Below, piece after piece: positions 1 through 7,906 of a stretch of 64,000 nt of DNA. The position numbers and the translations under genes were made by a program. The DNA comes from Planctomycetes bacterium UBA7888 (lineage in GTDB: Bacteria; Planctomycetota; UBA1135). Within the stretch, counting starts at the first letter, position 1; each line of letters opens with the position of its first letter. The DNA lies in NCBI GenBank assembly GCA_002500505.1, contig DLRM01000035.1, positions 35,709-99,708 of the forward strand, in the 5' to 3' direction. Under the pieces are notes generated by a model that saw only the letters and a program-made list of their open reading frames with translations, made no database searches and was not told where the DNA came from.

Positions 1-1
1 G

Positions 2-709
2 AACAATCTAAAAAAAGCTTATCGAGACATAGGCACTGAAGTTCATGAGCTTTCCCCCGTTCCTGGCCTTCCCGATTATTGCTTTACGGCAAACCCAAGC
101 CTGGTGCTTCCGCTTCCAGACGGCAATCGCATAGTTTGGCTCTCGAAAATGGCGCACTCCTCCCGCTTCAAAGAGGTCGAACACCACGCAAGTTTTTTTA
201 GAAGCCAAAATCTCCCTCTAAAAGAATTTCCGGAAACTGTGGACCGATTTGAGGGTTGTGGCGATGGCATCCTTCATCCAGGCCGATTCCTCATCCATGC
301 GGGGACAGGGTCACGTTCTTCAATCCGAGGTTGGGAAACCCTTTCCGCAGAATACCCAGACCTTCAAATTCTTCACTATACCTTGCAAGATTCCCGTTTT
401 TACCACTTGGACACGGCCTTGGCACCCCTCAATGAAAACACTGCCCTTTTTGTGCCTAGTGCTTTCGACCCATCCGGACAGGAATTGCTTGCATCTGCCT
501 TCGAGAACCTCATTCCGATTCCCATAGAGGAAGCACTTCATTTTGCGGGAAATGCACATTGCCCAGATGGCAAGCATGTTCTTCTCCAAAAAGGAAACCC
601 AAAAATCGAAAGCATCCTTCTACGCAAAGGCTTCCACCCTATCCCTCTTGAGACTTCGGAATTTCGAAAGTCAGGCGGTTCCGTATTCTGCCTGAAGATG
701 GCTTGGTAA
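2..709 (+). CDS. Amidinotransferase / dimethylarginine dimethylaminohydrolase-family protein (5'-truncated by window edge)
   Basis: Frame is open from position 2 (NNLKKAYRDIGTEVHELSPVPGLPDYCFTANP). Pentein motifs FEGCGD, YHLDT and catalytic-Cys motif EFRKSGGSVFC. Confidence 0.85.
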   Translation, partial: NNLKKAYRDIGTEVHELSPVPGLPDYCFTANPSLVLPLPDGNRIVWLSKMAHSSRFKEVEHHASFFRSQNLPLKEFPETVDRFEGCGDGILHPGRFLIHAGTGSRSSIRGWETLSAEYPDLQILHYTLQDSRFYHLDTALAPLNENTALFVPSAFDPSGQELLASAFENLIPIPIEEALHFAGNAHCPDGKHVLLQKGNPKIESILLRKGFHPIPLETSEFRKSGGSVFCLKMAW

Positions 710-1741
710 GGACTCTTCCGGAGAATCCTTCCTGGAAAGGGCTTCTTCAATCAAGCGATCACAAAGTTCAGAGAAACCAATCCCCGAATGCTCCATCAGT
801 TTGGGGTACATAGAGATGGAAGTGAAGCCAGGGATTGTATTGACCTCGTTTACAACAAGGCGGCCCGTTTTTTTCCCAATAAAAAAGTCAACGCGGGCCA
901 TTCCTGACAGCCGCAAGACATCAAAGGCTCGGAGGGCAATCTCTTGCATGCCTTCAATCATCTGAGGCTGCAAGTCCTCAGCGGGGACAACAAGTTCGGT
1001 AGTGCCATTTTCATACTTCGAAGAAAAATCGTACCACTCTTCAGGCTGAACTTCTCCCGGAGCCGTTGCGAAGGGTTCGGGGCCACCAAGCACTGCAATC
1101 TCTAGTTCTTTCGCATTCAATGCAGGCTCTACCAACACCCACTCTCCAAAAGAAAAGGCATGGTCTAAACTCGCACGAAGCTCTTCTTCCGTCTCGACTC
1201 GAGTAATTCCAACAGAGGAACCCTGGCAAGCCGGTTTCACAAAACAAGGTAGGCCACGATCATCTACCAAATGCGAAAGGACAATCTCTTTATCCGCAAG
1301 ATAGTCGCGGTGGCGAATCTCAGTCCAAGAGACTACTTCAATGCCGGCATCTCGCATCACTCTTTTCGCGACCGACTTATCCATTGCAAGAGCAGAGCCC
1401 AAGGTGCCTGACCCAACAAAAGGAATGTCGCATAATTCAAGCCAACCTTGCAGGGTCCCATCTTCTCCACCCGGTCCGTGAAGAACAGGGAAAACACACT
1501 CCGTTCCTTCGGGAAGGAAAGGTAGTCCACCTGGGCCTTTGCAAGAACGGCCCTCCAGTAGCGCAGCAGAATCTTCTTCGTTCAAAAATCGCCCCTCAGG
1601 AGAAATCCCGACAAGACAGACATCCCAACGTTCTTGATTCAAGGCGCGCAAAACAGCGGCTGCGGATTGCAAACTGACAATGTGCTCTTCCGATACCCCA
1701 CCAAACAGAAGGGCCAAGCGAGTGCGTTGAGGGCTGCGCAT
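671..1741 (-). CDS. ddl: D-alanine--D-alanine ligase
   Basis: GGVSEEHIVSL, FPVLHGPGGEDG, KPACQGSSVG, ARVDFF and NEVNTIPGFT ATP-grasp motifs. Confidence 0.97.
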   Translation of the reverse strand: MRSPQRTRLALLFGGVSEEHIVSLQSAAAVLRALNQERWDVCLVGISPEGRFLNEEDSAALLEGRSCKGPGGLPFLPEGTECVFPVLHGPGGEDGTLQGWLELCDIPFVGSGTLGSALAMDKSVAKRVMRDAGIEVVSWTEIRHRDYLADKEIVLSHLVDDRGLPCFVKPACQGSSVGITRVETEEELRASLDHAFSFGEWVLVEPALNAKELEIAVLGGPEPFATAPGEVQPEEWYDFSSKYENGTTELVVPAEDLQPQMIEGMQEIALRAFDVLRLSGMARVDFFIGKKTGRLVVNEVNTIPGFTSISMYPKLMEHSGIGFSELCDRLIEEALSRKDSPEESLPSHLQAEYGTA

Positions 1742-1793
1742 ACAAAAGCATTGTAACGAGCAAGGTCGCGCGAACCTATCCTTCCGTCTCAGG

Positions 1794-1970
1794 ATGATTC
1801 TCTTGCCTCTTCTCCTTCTGGCTCTCTGCCCCCTGGCGCCTCAATCTGGGAACCCCAGCGTGTCCGACTTGGCCGTTCCTAGTCGCGGAAATGCGAATAT
1901 TGACGGCAATCACTCCCCGAAGGAGATAGCCTTGGACCCAGACGCCTTGCTCCCTATTCGCACTCGATGA
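1794..1970 (+). CDS. Small (58 aa) putative secreted protein, below the ORF-track cutoff
   Basis: MILLPLLLLALCPLAPQSGNPSVSDLAVPSRGNANIDGNHSPKEIALDPDALLPIRTR. Hydrophobic signal-like N-terminus, TATCCT box at 1777-1782, and its stop overlaps the next start (ATGA at 1967-1970). Confidence 0.6.
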   Translation: MILLPLLLLALCPLAPQSGNPSVSDLAVPSRGNANIDGNHSPKEIALDPDALLPIRTR

Positions 1971-3853
1971 ACTTCATTGAAAAGTATTGTGTTCGCATTG
2001 CTGCCCTAGCGGGCATTGTGGCTTTTATCCCTATTTTGGGTGCGGGCTTCGTCTATGACGATTTGGAGCTCCTTCGTGACAACCTTTCGTTGCGTAGATG
2101 GTCCTTTCTTTGGGAGGGCTTCCTTCAACCCATGTGGGATATGGCGGCTGACCCGCGCAAACAAGCCGGTGGTTTCTACAGGCCTGTCGGAACTGGCGCA
2201 TTCACTCTTCTTTGGCATATTGGCGGCGGAGCGGCTTGGGTATTCCACGCAGCCTCTCTTCTTTTTCACGCCGCTTGCTCGGCAGGAGTAGCCCGAATTG
2301 CAATCGCTCTTGGCTGGCGGCCCTTTACTGCTTGTGTTGCTGGAGTTCTATTTGCTCTACACGGCGCACATGTGGAGCCAGTTGCCTGGGCCTCTTCCCT
2401 TACTTACTTATTAGCCACGTTCTTCTCCCTTCTTGCCGTGGAGAAGTTTCTTCAGGAAAAAGCATGGGTGTGCGCAACTTTCCTCGGCTTAGCCATGCTC
2501 TCCCAAGAGTTGGCCTTGGGGATTTGGCTCCTCTGCTTTGCGGCTTCTTTTTTGCAGCCAAATTCTCTTAGGCAAGCCCTGCCCCTTCTTGTCGTCGGCT
2601 GTTTCGTCTGGCTCTTGCGAGCTTCCGCTTTCGACAGTTTTGCCGCGGGATTGGATCATCGGCTTACTTGGTATGGGTTTGAGCTCCGGGAACATCCCCT
2701 CCTAGAGGAAATTGCGCTTTCTATGGAACTTGTGGGGCGGTACTTGGCCTTCTTGATTTGGCCTTGGCCTCACGCTCCTTTTCACCCTCTTCGTATCTCC
2801 CTAGAGCTCTCCGATTGGGAACGTTGGTTGCCGGCAGCCTTAGGTTTAATTTCCTCTCTTGCTGCATTTGGTATCTGGGTCCTTCGAGGCCGAAAGAATC
2901 AAAGTCTATTCTGGGGTTTGGGTTTTTTGTTTGCAGGCTTAGTCCCCGTTCTAAAAACCTCAAGCTTGGGTCAATTCCCCTTTGAAGAGCGTTTTGCTTA
3001 TTTGGCATCCACCGGATTTTCGCTCCTATTAGCCAAAGCCCTTACGAGCGAGGTTCGACACCTTTCAGCCAAACCCCTTCTGATTCTATTATTGAGTTTG
3101 CACACGGCCTCTATTTGGGCCACAACTCCCTATTGGAGTACAGAAGAAAAACTCTTCGAATGGGCCTCTACCGCTTCTCCCAAAGCCATGATTTCTCATA
3201 CGGAAAGAGGGCGAGTATTCCTCACTCAGGCCCAACTCTTTGACGAAGGAAGTCGTGAGAGATACGAGTTGGCCAACAAAGCTGAACTCGCCTTCGCAGA
3301 TGGCTTAGCCATTAATCCAGACGAGTGGTTCGTTTCGGTCATTGACCGCCACAATGGAAACATTGGTTTAGCCAATGCATTCATGGTTCAAGGTGACCAA
3401 GAAACTGCTAATTCAATTTTCTTACAGATCTTGGGGCGTTGGCCATCATCCCCTGAGGGTCACTCTGGTGTTGGCTTTACCGAAACCACTCTTGCGGAGA
3501 GGGAGCTAAAAAATGGAATGGAGTCTGAAGCATTTTCCAGACTGGACCGCGCCATTGGTCACTTCTCCTCCGCCCTCGAATTTGGGCCGCACCTAATTGA
3601 AGCAACCTACGGCCGCGGAATAGCCTTAGCTCTCAAAGGAGAGTACGAAAAAGCTACCTTAGACCTCGAATCTTGCTTTAAGAGTCGCCCCGCCGACTTT
3701 CGATATGCCATGGCGCTGGCTTCAGCCCAATTCGAATTGAACCAACGTTTCTTTGCTTTAAAAACCTGGGAGGCTCACTTAGCCGCTAATCCCCTATCTC
3801 CAGAGAGCAAAGAGATTCAACGCACAATTCAATTTCTACGCCAAGGGAAATAA
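1967..3853 (+). CDS. TMTC-like GT-C membrane protein O-glycosyltransferase with C-terminal TPR repeats
   Basis: GFVYDD acidic motif after TM1, FYRPV, HGAHVEPVAW and EERFAY; multiple TM helices; helical TPR-like C-terminus. Confidence 0.8.
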   Translation: MNFIEKYCVRIAALAGIVAFIPILGAGFVYDDLELLRDNLSLRRWSFLWEGFLQPMWDMAADPRKQAGGFYRPVGTGAFTLLWHIGGGAAWVFHAASLLFHAACSAGVARIAIALGWRPFTACVAGVLFALHGAHVEPVAWASSLTYLLATFFSLLAVEKFLQEKAWVCATFLGLAMLSQELALGIWLLCFAASFLQPNSLRQALPLLVVGCFVWLLRASAFDSFAAGLDHRLTWYGFELREHPLLEEIALSMELVGRYLAFLIWPWPHAPFHPLRISLELSDWERWLPAALGLISSLAAFGIWVLRGRKNQSLFWGLGFLFAGLVPVLKTSSLGQFPFEERFAYLASTGFSLLLAKALTSEVRHLSAKPLLILLLSLHTASIWATTPYWSTEEKLFEWASTASPKAMISHTERGRVFLTQAQLFDEGSRERYELANKAELAFADGLAINPDEWFVSVIDRHNGNIGLANAFMVQGDQETANSIFLQILGRWPSSPEGHSGVGFTETTLAERELKNGMESEAFSRLDRAIGHFSSALEFGPHLIEATYGRGIALALKGEYEKATLDLESCFKSRPADFRYAMALASAQFELNQRFFALKTWEAHLAANPLSPESKEIQRTIQFLRQGK

Positions 3854-3888
3854 AAAAACCGCCGACCCCTAAGAAGGAGTCGGCGGTT
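3852..3888 (-). terminator. Intrinsic terminator of the 3908-5698 gene (possibly bidirectional)
   Basis: Minus strand AACCGCCGACTCC-ttctta-GGGGTCGGCGGTT followed by a T run. Confidence 0.85.
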
Positions 3889-3907
3889 GAAGTGGGTTGC
3901 GGAAAAC

Positions 3908-5698
3908 CTAGCCAATCGTCATGGCAAGAGGGTTCAACATCGTTTGAGAGCCACGGTCTGCACCATGGAACCAAATATTCAGCCCAGTCGTCCCAGCTGG
4001 AACATTTTTGGTAACACCCGCATGACCATTCGCATCCGTTGGAAGAGGTATGACCTTGTAAGGTGAACTTACATAACCTGGACCAAAAGGAGTGTTGATG
4101 GGGCCACCACCAGCAAGGGAGTAAACGAAGTAGGCCAAGTTGTTCGGCGTGCAATTGTCCAGACTCACCACCGAGGCTTGGCCAGCAATTAGTGGGTTGA
4201 CCGAGAGTGTTGGGCCGGGAGGAGCTACTGGAGCAATGGAAATGTCATCAATCTGGATGCCATCCAAGTTTGCCATGGGGAAGTTGTCTTCCTGTGCGAA
4301 GAGCAAGTAGAACTGGCCGTTCGTATCTACACCGGAGTTAGAAATGTCGACACCAGCTACATTAATCCATGCACCAACAGCCATCCCAAACCAAGGTCCG
4401 TAGACTTGATTCCAAGCCAAACCGTCAGAACTGACCCAGACACCGTCCCAAGGATGATTTTCTTCACCGTGGTTCACGATGCCAAAATCCAAGAGCAAGT
4501 CACCTGCACCAGAGCCATCTAAGCCCATAATGAGGCCATTGCGAACCTGGATTCCAGTGGGGCCTAAGGGGTCTCCACCCATTTCTAGGCAGTAGGCACC
4601 CGAGCCGCTTCCAGCCCATACGCCGACGTAGGTGCCAGTTCCTTGGCCACAAGGTCCACGTTGTCCAATGTTGCACCAGGCACTTGCGGTGGGAAGACCA
4701 AATGCGTCTAGCTCGTTAATTCCCATGTGCGAGGGAACCACACCAGCGTGGCTATCAAAGTTTTCGGCGTGAGCCGCAGGGATAAAAGTCGTTGGCAAGT
4801 TTGGCCAGACTGCAGGCGGCGGACCACCCGATCCCGAGGTGTCGTAACTCGCAACACTATCAGGAGCACCTTGACCAAGCATGACCATAGTAGGACCGTT
4901 TGGGTTGAGAGGATCGTTGTAAACGTCAGCGCCACCCTGTGCGGTTGCACCAATACCTACACCACCTGTCGTGAAAAAGCGACCTGTACCTTGAGCAGTC
5001 GCGGGGTCAAGCTCAGTCGCAGAACACTGAACATCAGTTGACCAAATGGTTCCATTCACATAGTCCCATCCGAAGCCATATGCAGAAACCTGGGCATTGA
5101 CCCAAGCATTCACTACGGCGCCAGTTGTCATATCAAATTCGAACACATCTCCTGTGAAGGATTTAGTGAAGAAATTGCCTGATGTTGGGTTTTGACAAAG
5201 TGCGCGTACAGTACCAGAGACTGCTGTGATAACAGTATTCGAGTAGCTCAATGCGCCTGTAACGGGGTCATAACTCATGACCTCAACATAACCAGTGTCG
5301 TTTCCAACCCAAAGAGTATTGGCTGCATCATCTGCTTCCATGTCACGACCGCCCCAGCCACCTGTGTTTGCAGCACTGACATTCTGGGGGTAACTTGTAA
5401 TCCAATTACCAGTCATGTCATATTCGTGGATCATGTAGTTGTCGCCAACTGTGGTGTGACCACGACCCGTAATCCAAAGGCTGCCCCAAGCTTCTTCGAC
5501 ACCGAGGCAACGGTTATCGTAGACGGCAGTTTCGACATCGAACGGGCCGGAAACCAAGTCGCCAAGAGCGCGACTAGAATTATTGTTGACGGTGGTCAAA
5601 TTGCCACCAGGGTCCACATCATTAACTTGTTGGGCAATACCATTAGTACATAGTCCAAGGATTGCAACAAGTGAAAGTATCGAAGTAAATCTCTTCAT
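3908..5698 (-). CDS. Secreted multidomain surface protein A (signal peptide, propeller-like region, Pro linker, MAM/cleaved-adhesin-like domain, ~100-aa C-terminal domain)
   Basis: 596-aa ORF with Sec signal ending GIA-QQ; G/T/S/N-rich; GPPPAVWP linker; DGIQIDDISI motif; clear paralogue of 5968-7743. Confidence 0.8.
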   Translation of the reverse strand: MKRFTSILSLVAILGLCTNGIAQQVNDVDPGGNLTTVNNNSSRALGDLVSGPFDVETAVYDNRCLGVEEAWGSLWITGRGHTTVGDNYMIHEYDMTGNWITSYPQNVSAANTGGWGGRDMEADDAANTLWVGNDTGYVEVMSYDPVTGALSYSNTVITAVSGTVRALCQNPTSGNFFTKSFTGDVFEFDMTTGAVVNAWVNAQVSAYGFGWDYVNGTIWSTDVQCSATELDPATAQGTGRFFTTGGVGIGATAQGGADVYNDPLNPNGPTMVMLGQGAPDSVASYDTSGSGGPPPAVWPNLPTTFIPAAHAENFDSHAGVVPSHMGINELDAFGLPTASAWCNIGQRGPCGQGTGTYVGVWAGSGSGAYCLEMGGDPLGPTGIQVRNGLIMGLDGSGAGDLLLDFGIVNHGEENHPWDGVWVSSDGLAWNQVYGPWFGMAVGAWINVAGVDISNSGVDTNGQFYLLFAQEDNFPMANLDGIQIDDISIAPVAPPGPTLSVNPLIAGQASVVSLDNCTPNNLAYFVYSLAGGGPINTPFGPGYVSSPYKVIPLPTDANGHAGVTKNVPAGTTGLNIWFHGADRGSQTMLNPLAMTIG

Positions 5699-5715
5699 TT
5701 TTCCCAGGGGTTGAA

Positions 5716-5726
5716 GGGGGGGGGGG
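5716..5726. repeat. G11 homopolymer (C11 on the coding strand) in the 5' leader of gene A
   Basis: ttgaa-GGGGGGGGGGG-agtc, 17 nt upstream of the ATG at 5698. Confidence 0.9.
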
Positions 5727-5800
5727 AGTCCTCTTCCAAGGGGATGGCTGAGAACTCAGTTAAGGAATACCTAATTTAATACCATTTAAGGAGCATGTGG

Positions 5801-5824
5801 GCCTAAAAACCTATATTTTTAGGC
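5801..5824. promoter_or_regulatory. Perfect inverted repeat, candidate operator upstream of gene A
   Basis: GCCTAAAAA-cctata-TTTTTAGGC in an AT-rich intergenic region. Confidence 0.5.
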
Positions 5825-5906
5825 TTTATTGTGGGTTTTTGCATTTATTAACCCTCCCATTTGCTTCTTTTCTTAAACCCCTTCCGCCTCCCACTTCTTT
5901 TTCTGC

Positions 5907-5945
5907 AAAAAAAGAGGCTCCCACCCAAAAACTGGGTGGGAGCCT
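5907..5945 (-). terminator. Intrinsic terminator of the 5968-7743 gene
   Basis: 13-bp stem AGGCTCCCACCCA/TGGGTGGGAGCCT followed on the minus strand by CTTTTTTT. Confidence 0.9.
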
Positions 5946-5967
5946 AAGCTCCTTGCATTTGCAAGGA

Positions 5968-7743
5968 TTAACCGACGGTCAAAGCCAAAGCGTTCAGCAG
6001 TGTTGCAGAACCATGGTCAGCACCATGGAACCAAACTGAGACACCAGCAGCTCCAGCAGGCACATCTTTGTCCAGGCTTGCGGCACCTGAACCATCTGCA
6101 TTAACTTTCAACACGTTGTATGGAGGAGACACAAATCCATCACCGAATGGAGTGGAAACCGGTCCACCACCAGCCAGCGAGAATACTATGAAGACCTTAC
6201 CGTTAGGGGTGCAGTTGCTCGCACTCATGGTGGCAGTCCCACCAGCAACAAGACCCGTCACGTCCAATGTTGGCGCGGGAGGGGCAGGTCCGCTAATGGA
6301 AATGTCGTCAATCTGGATGCCGTCCAGGTATCCCATGGGGAAGTTATCCGACTGAGCAAACAACAAGTAGAACTGGCCGTCTGTATCAACTCCTGAATTA
6401 GAGAGGTCGATTCCAGAAACAACTTGCCAGGAAGGGAGGAGTGGTGACCAAGGTCCATAGACCTGGGTATAGGTCGCGCCATCAGCACTGACCCAAACAC
6501 CATCCCAACTATGGGTTTCTTCACCGTGGTCCACGATGCCGAATTCCAGAGTCAAGTCACCAGCACCGGATCCGTCTAGACCTATGACGAGGCCAGAGCG
6601 ATTCGCAAAGCCAGTTGGACCTAAGGGATCTCCACCCATTTCTAGGCAGTAGGCACCCGAGCCGCTTCCAGCCCAGACTCCCGCACCAGAACCAGTTTCT
6701 TGACCACAAGCACCTTGCTGACCAATGTTGCACCAGGCACCTGGATCTGGAAGACCCGTAATGTCAGACAAGGCGTTGGCGCCCATGAATGAAGGTACCA
6801 CGCCTGCATGTCCATCGAAATTCTCCGTATAGCCTGCAGCGGACACGAAGGTCGTTGGCATTTCTGGCCAAGTCGGAGGAGGTGGTGGAGGTGCACCAAC
6901 GGTGTCATAGACGCAAATTGAGTCTGGAGTCGCTTGACACAACATCACCATGGAGAGGCCATTGGCATTGAGAGGGTCGTTGTAGACATCTGCTCCACCT
7001 TGGGAGCCAGTTACGGAGCCAAAAAAGCCAGTTCCAGTTCCCAGTCCAGTGGCGGGATCCATTTCCGATGCAGAACCACCAGCGTCAGTAGACCAAATGG
7101 TGCCCTTATTGGAATCGTAGCCCATTCCGTAGGAGGAGATGGCGGAATTGACAAAAACATTGACCACAGCACCTGTAGCCATATCAAACTCGTAGGTCGA
7201 GCTTGTGAAAGACTTCGTGAAAAAGTTTCCAGTTGCTGTGTTTTGGCACAGGGCTCGAACCGTTCCAACAACGGCAGTTGTAACCGTTGAAGAGTAGGTC
7301 AAGCCACCCGTGACTGCGTCGTAGGTTTGGACTTCTACAAGGCCGCCATCGTTACCAACCCAGAGTGTGTTGGCTGCGTCATCGGCTTCCATGTCTCTAC
7401 CACCCCAGCCACCAGGAGCTGGAACAGTTTGTGGGTAACTAGTCAAGTAAGCACCTGATTTATCGTACTTATGAATCATGTAGTTGTCACCGACTGTCGA
7501 TTGGCCACGACCGGTAACCCAGTAGTGATCCCATGCTTCTTCGACACCAAGGCATCGGTTGTCATAGGGGCCAGTCTCGACATCGAAAGGACCGGCGACT
7601 ACGTCGCCCAATCCACGGGAGGAGCCACCACCGAAAGGAACGAAAGAACCACCAGGGTCAATATCGTTCACTTGCTGTGCAGTAGCCATGGTGCTCAGTC
7701 CACAAAGGAGGACGAGACTTAAAAATCTTGTCAAATTTTTCAT
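5968..7743 (-). CDS. Secreted multidomain surface protein B (paralogue of 3908-5698)
   Basis: Start re-called at ATG 7743 (MKNLTRFLSLVLLCGLSTMATA-QQVND), which aligns with the paralogue N-terminus; same domain order. Confidence 0.8.
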   Translation of the reverse strand: MKNLTRFLSLVLLCGLSTMATAQQVNDIDPGGSFVPFGGGSSRGLGDVVAGPFDVETGPYDNRCLGVEEAWDHYWVTGRGQSTVGDNYMIHKYDKSGAYLTSYPQTVPAPGGWGGRDMEADDAANTLWVGNDGGLVEVQTYDAVTGGLTYSSTVTTAVVGTVRALCQNTATGNFFTKSFTSSTYEFDMATGAVVNVFVNSAISSYGMGYDSNKGTIWSTDAGGSASEMDPATGLGTGTGFFGSVTGSQGGADVYNDPLNANGLSMVMLCQATPDSICVYDTVGAPPPPPPTWPEMPTTFVSAAGYTENFDGHAGVVPSFMGANALSDITGLPDPGAWCNIGQQGACGQETGSGAGVWAGSGSGAYCLEMGGDPLGPTGFANRSGLVIGLDGSGAGDLTLEFGIVDHGEETHSWDGVWVSADGATYTQVYGPWSPLLPSWQVVSGIDLSNSGVDTDGQFYLLFAQSDNFPMGYLDGIQIDDISISGPAPPAPTLDVTGLVAGGTATMSASNCTPNGKVFIVFSLAGGGPVSTPFGDGFVSPPYNVLKVNADGSGAASLDKDVPAGAAGVSVWFHGADHGSATLLNALALTVG

Positions 7744-7906
7744 TTTTCCAGGGGTAAAAGGGGAGAGGGATGGAAGCCGAAAATCACCGGAAAGTGATAT
7801 CCGGACCTCACTACGTACTTCCAGCCTATAGGATAGCCGTGAAATATGTTTCAAATTTGCCTGTTTTTTTGCTTTTTCCAGGAAGTTGGATTCCTAAACT
7901 GTGGGC

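Noticed and set aside
671-709. 39-nt convergent overlap of ddl and the amidinotransferase gene
   Set aside because: Short convergent overlaps recur across the window (36126-36142, 41788-41791, 48950-48953) and reflect genome compaction.
4572-6675. Paralogue repeat as a DGR template/variable repeat pair
   Set aside because: No reverse transcriptase nearby, the tract is identical rather than adenine-mutated, and both copies lie mid-gene in intact ORFs.
7744-7854. N-terminal extension of the 628-aa ORF-track call
   Set aside because: The paralogue alignment and signal peptide place the start at 7743; the extension covers the leader and promoter.
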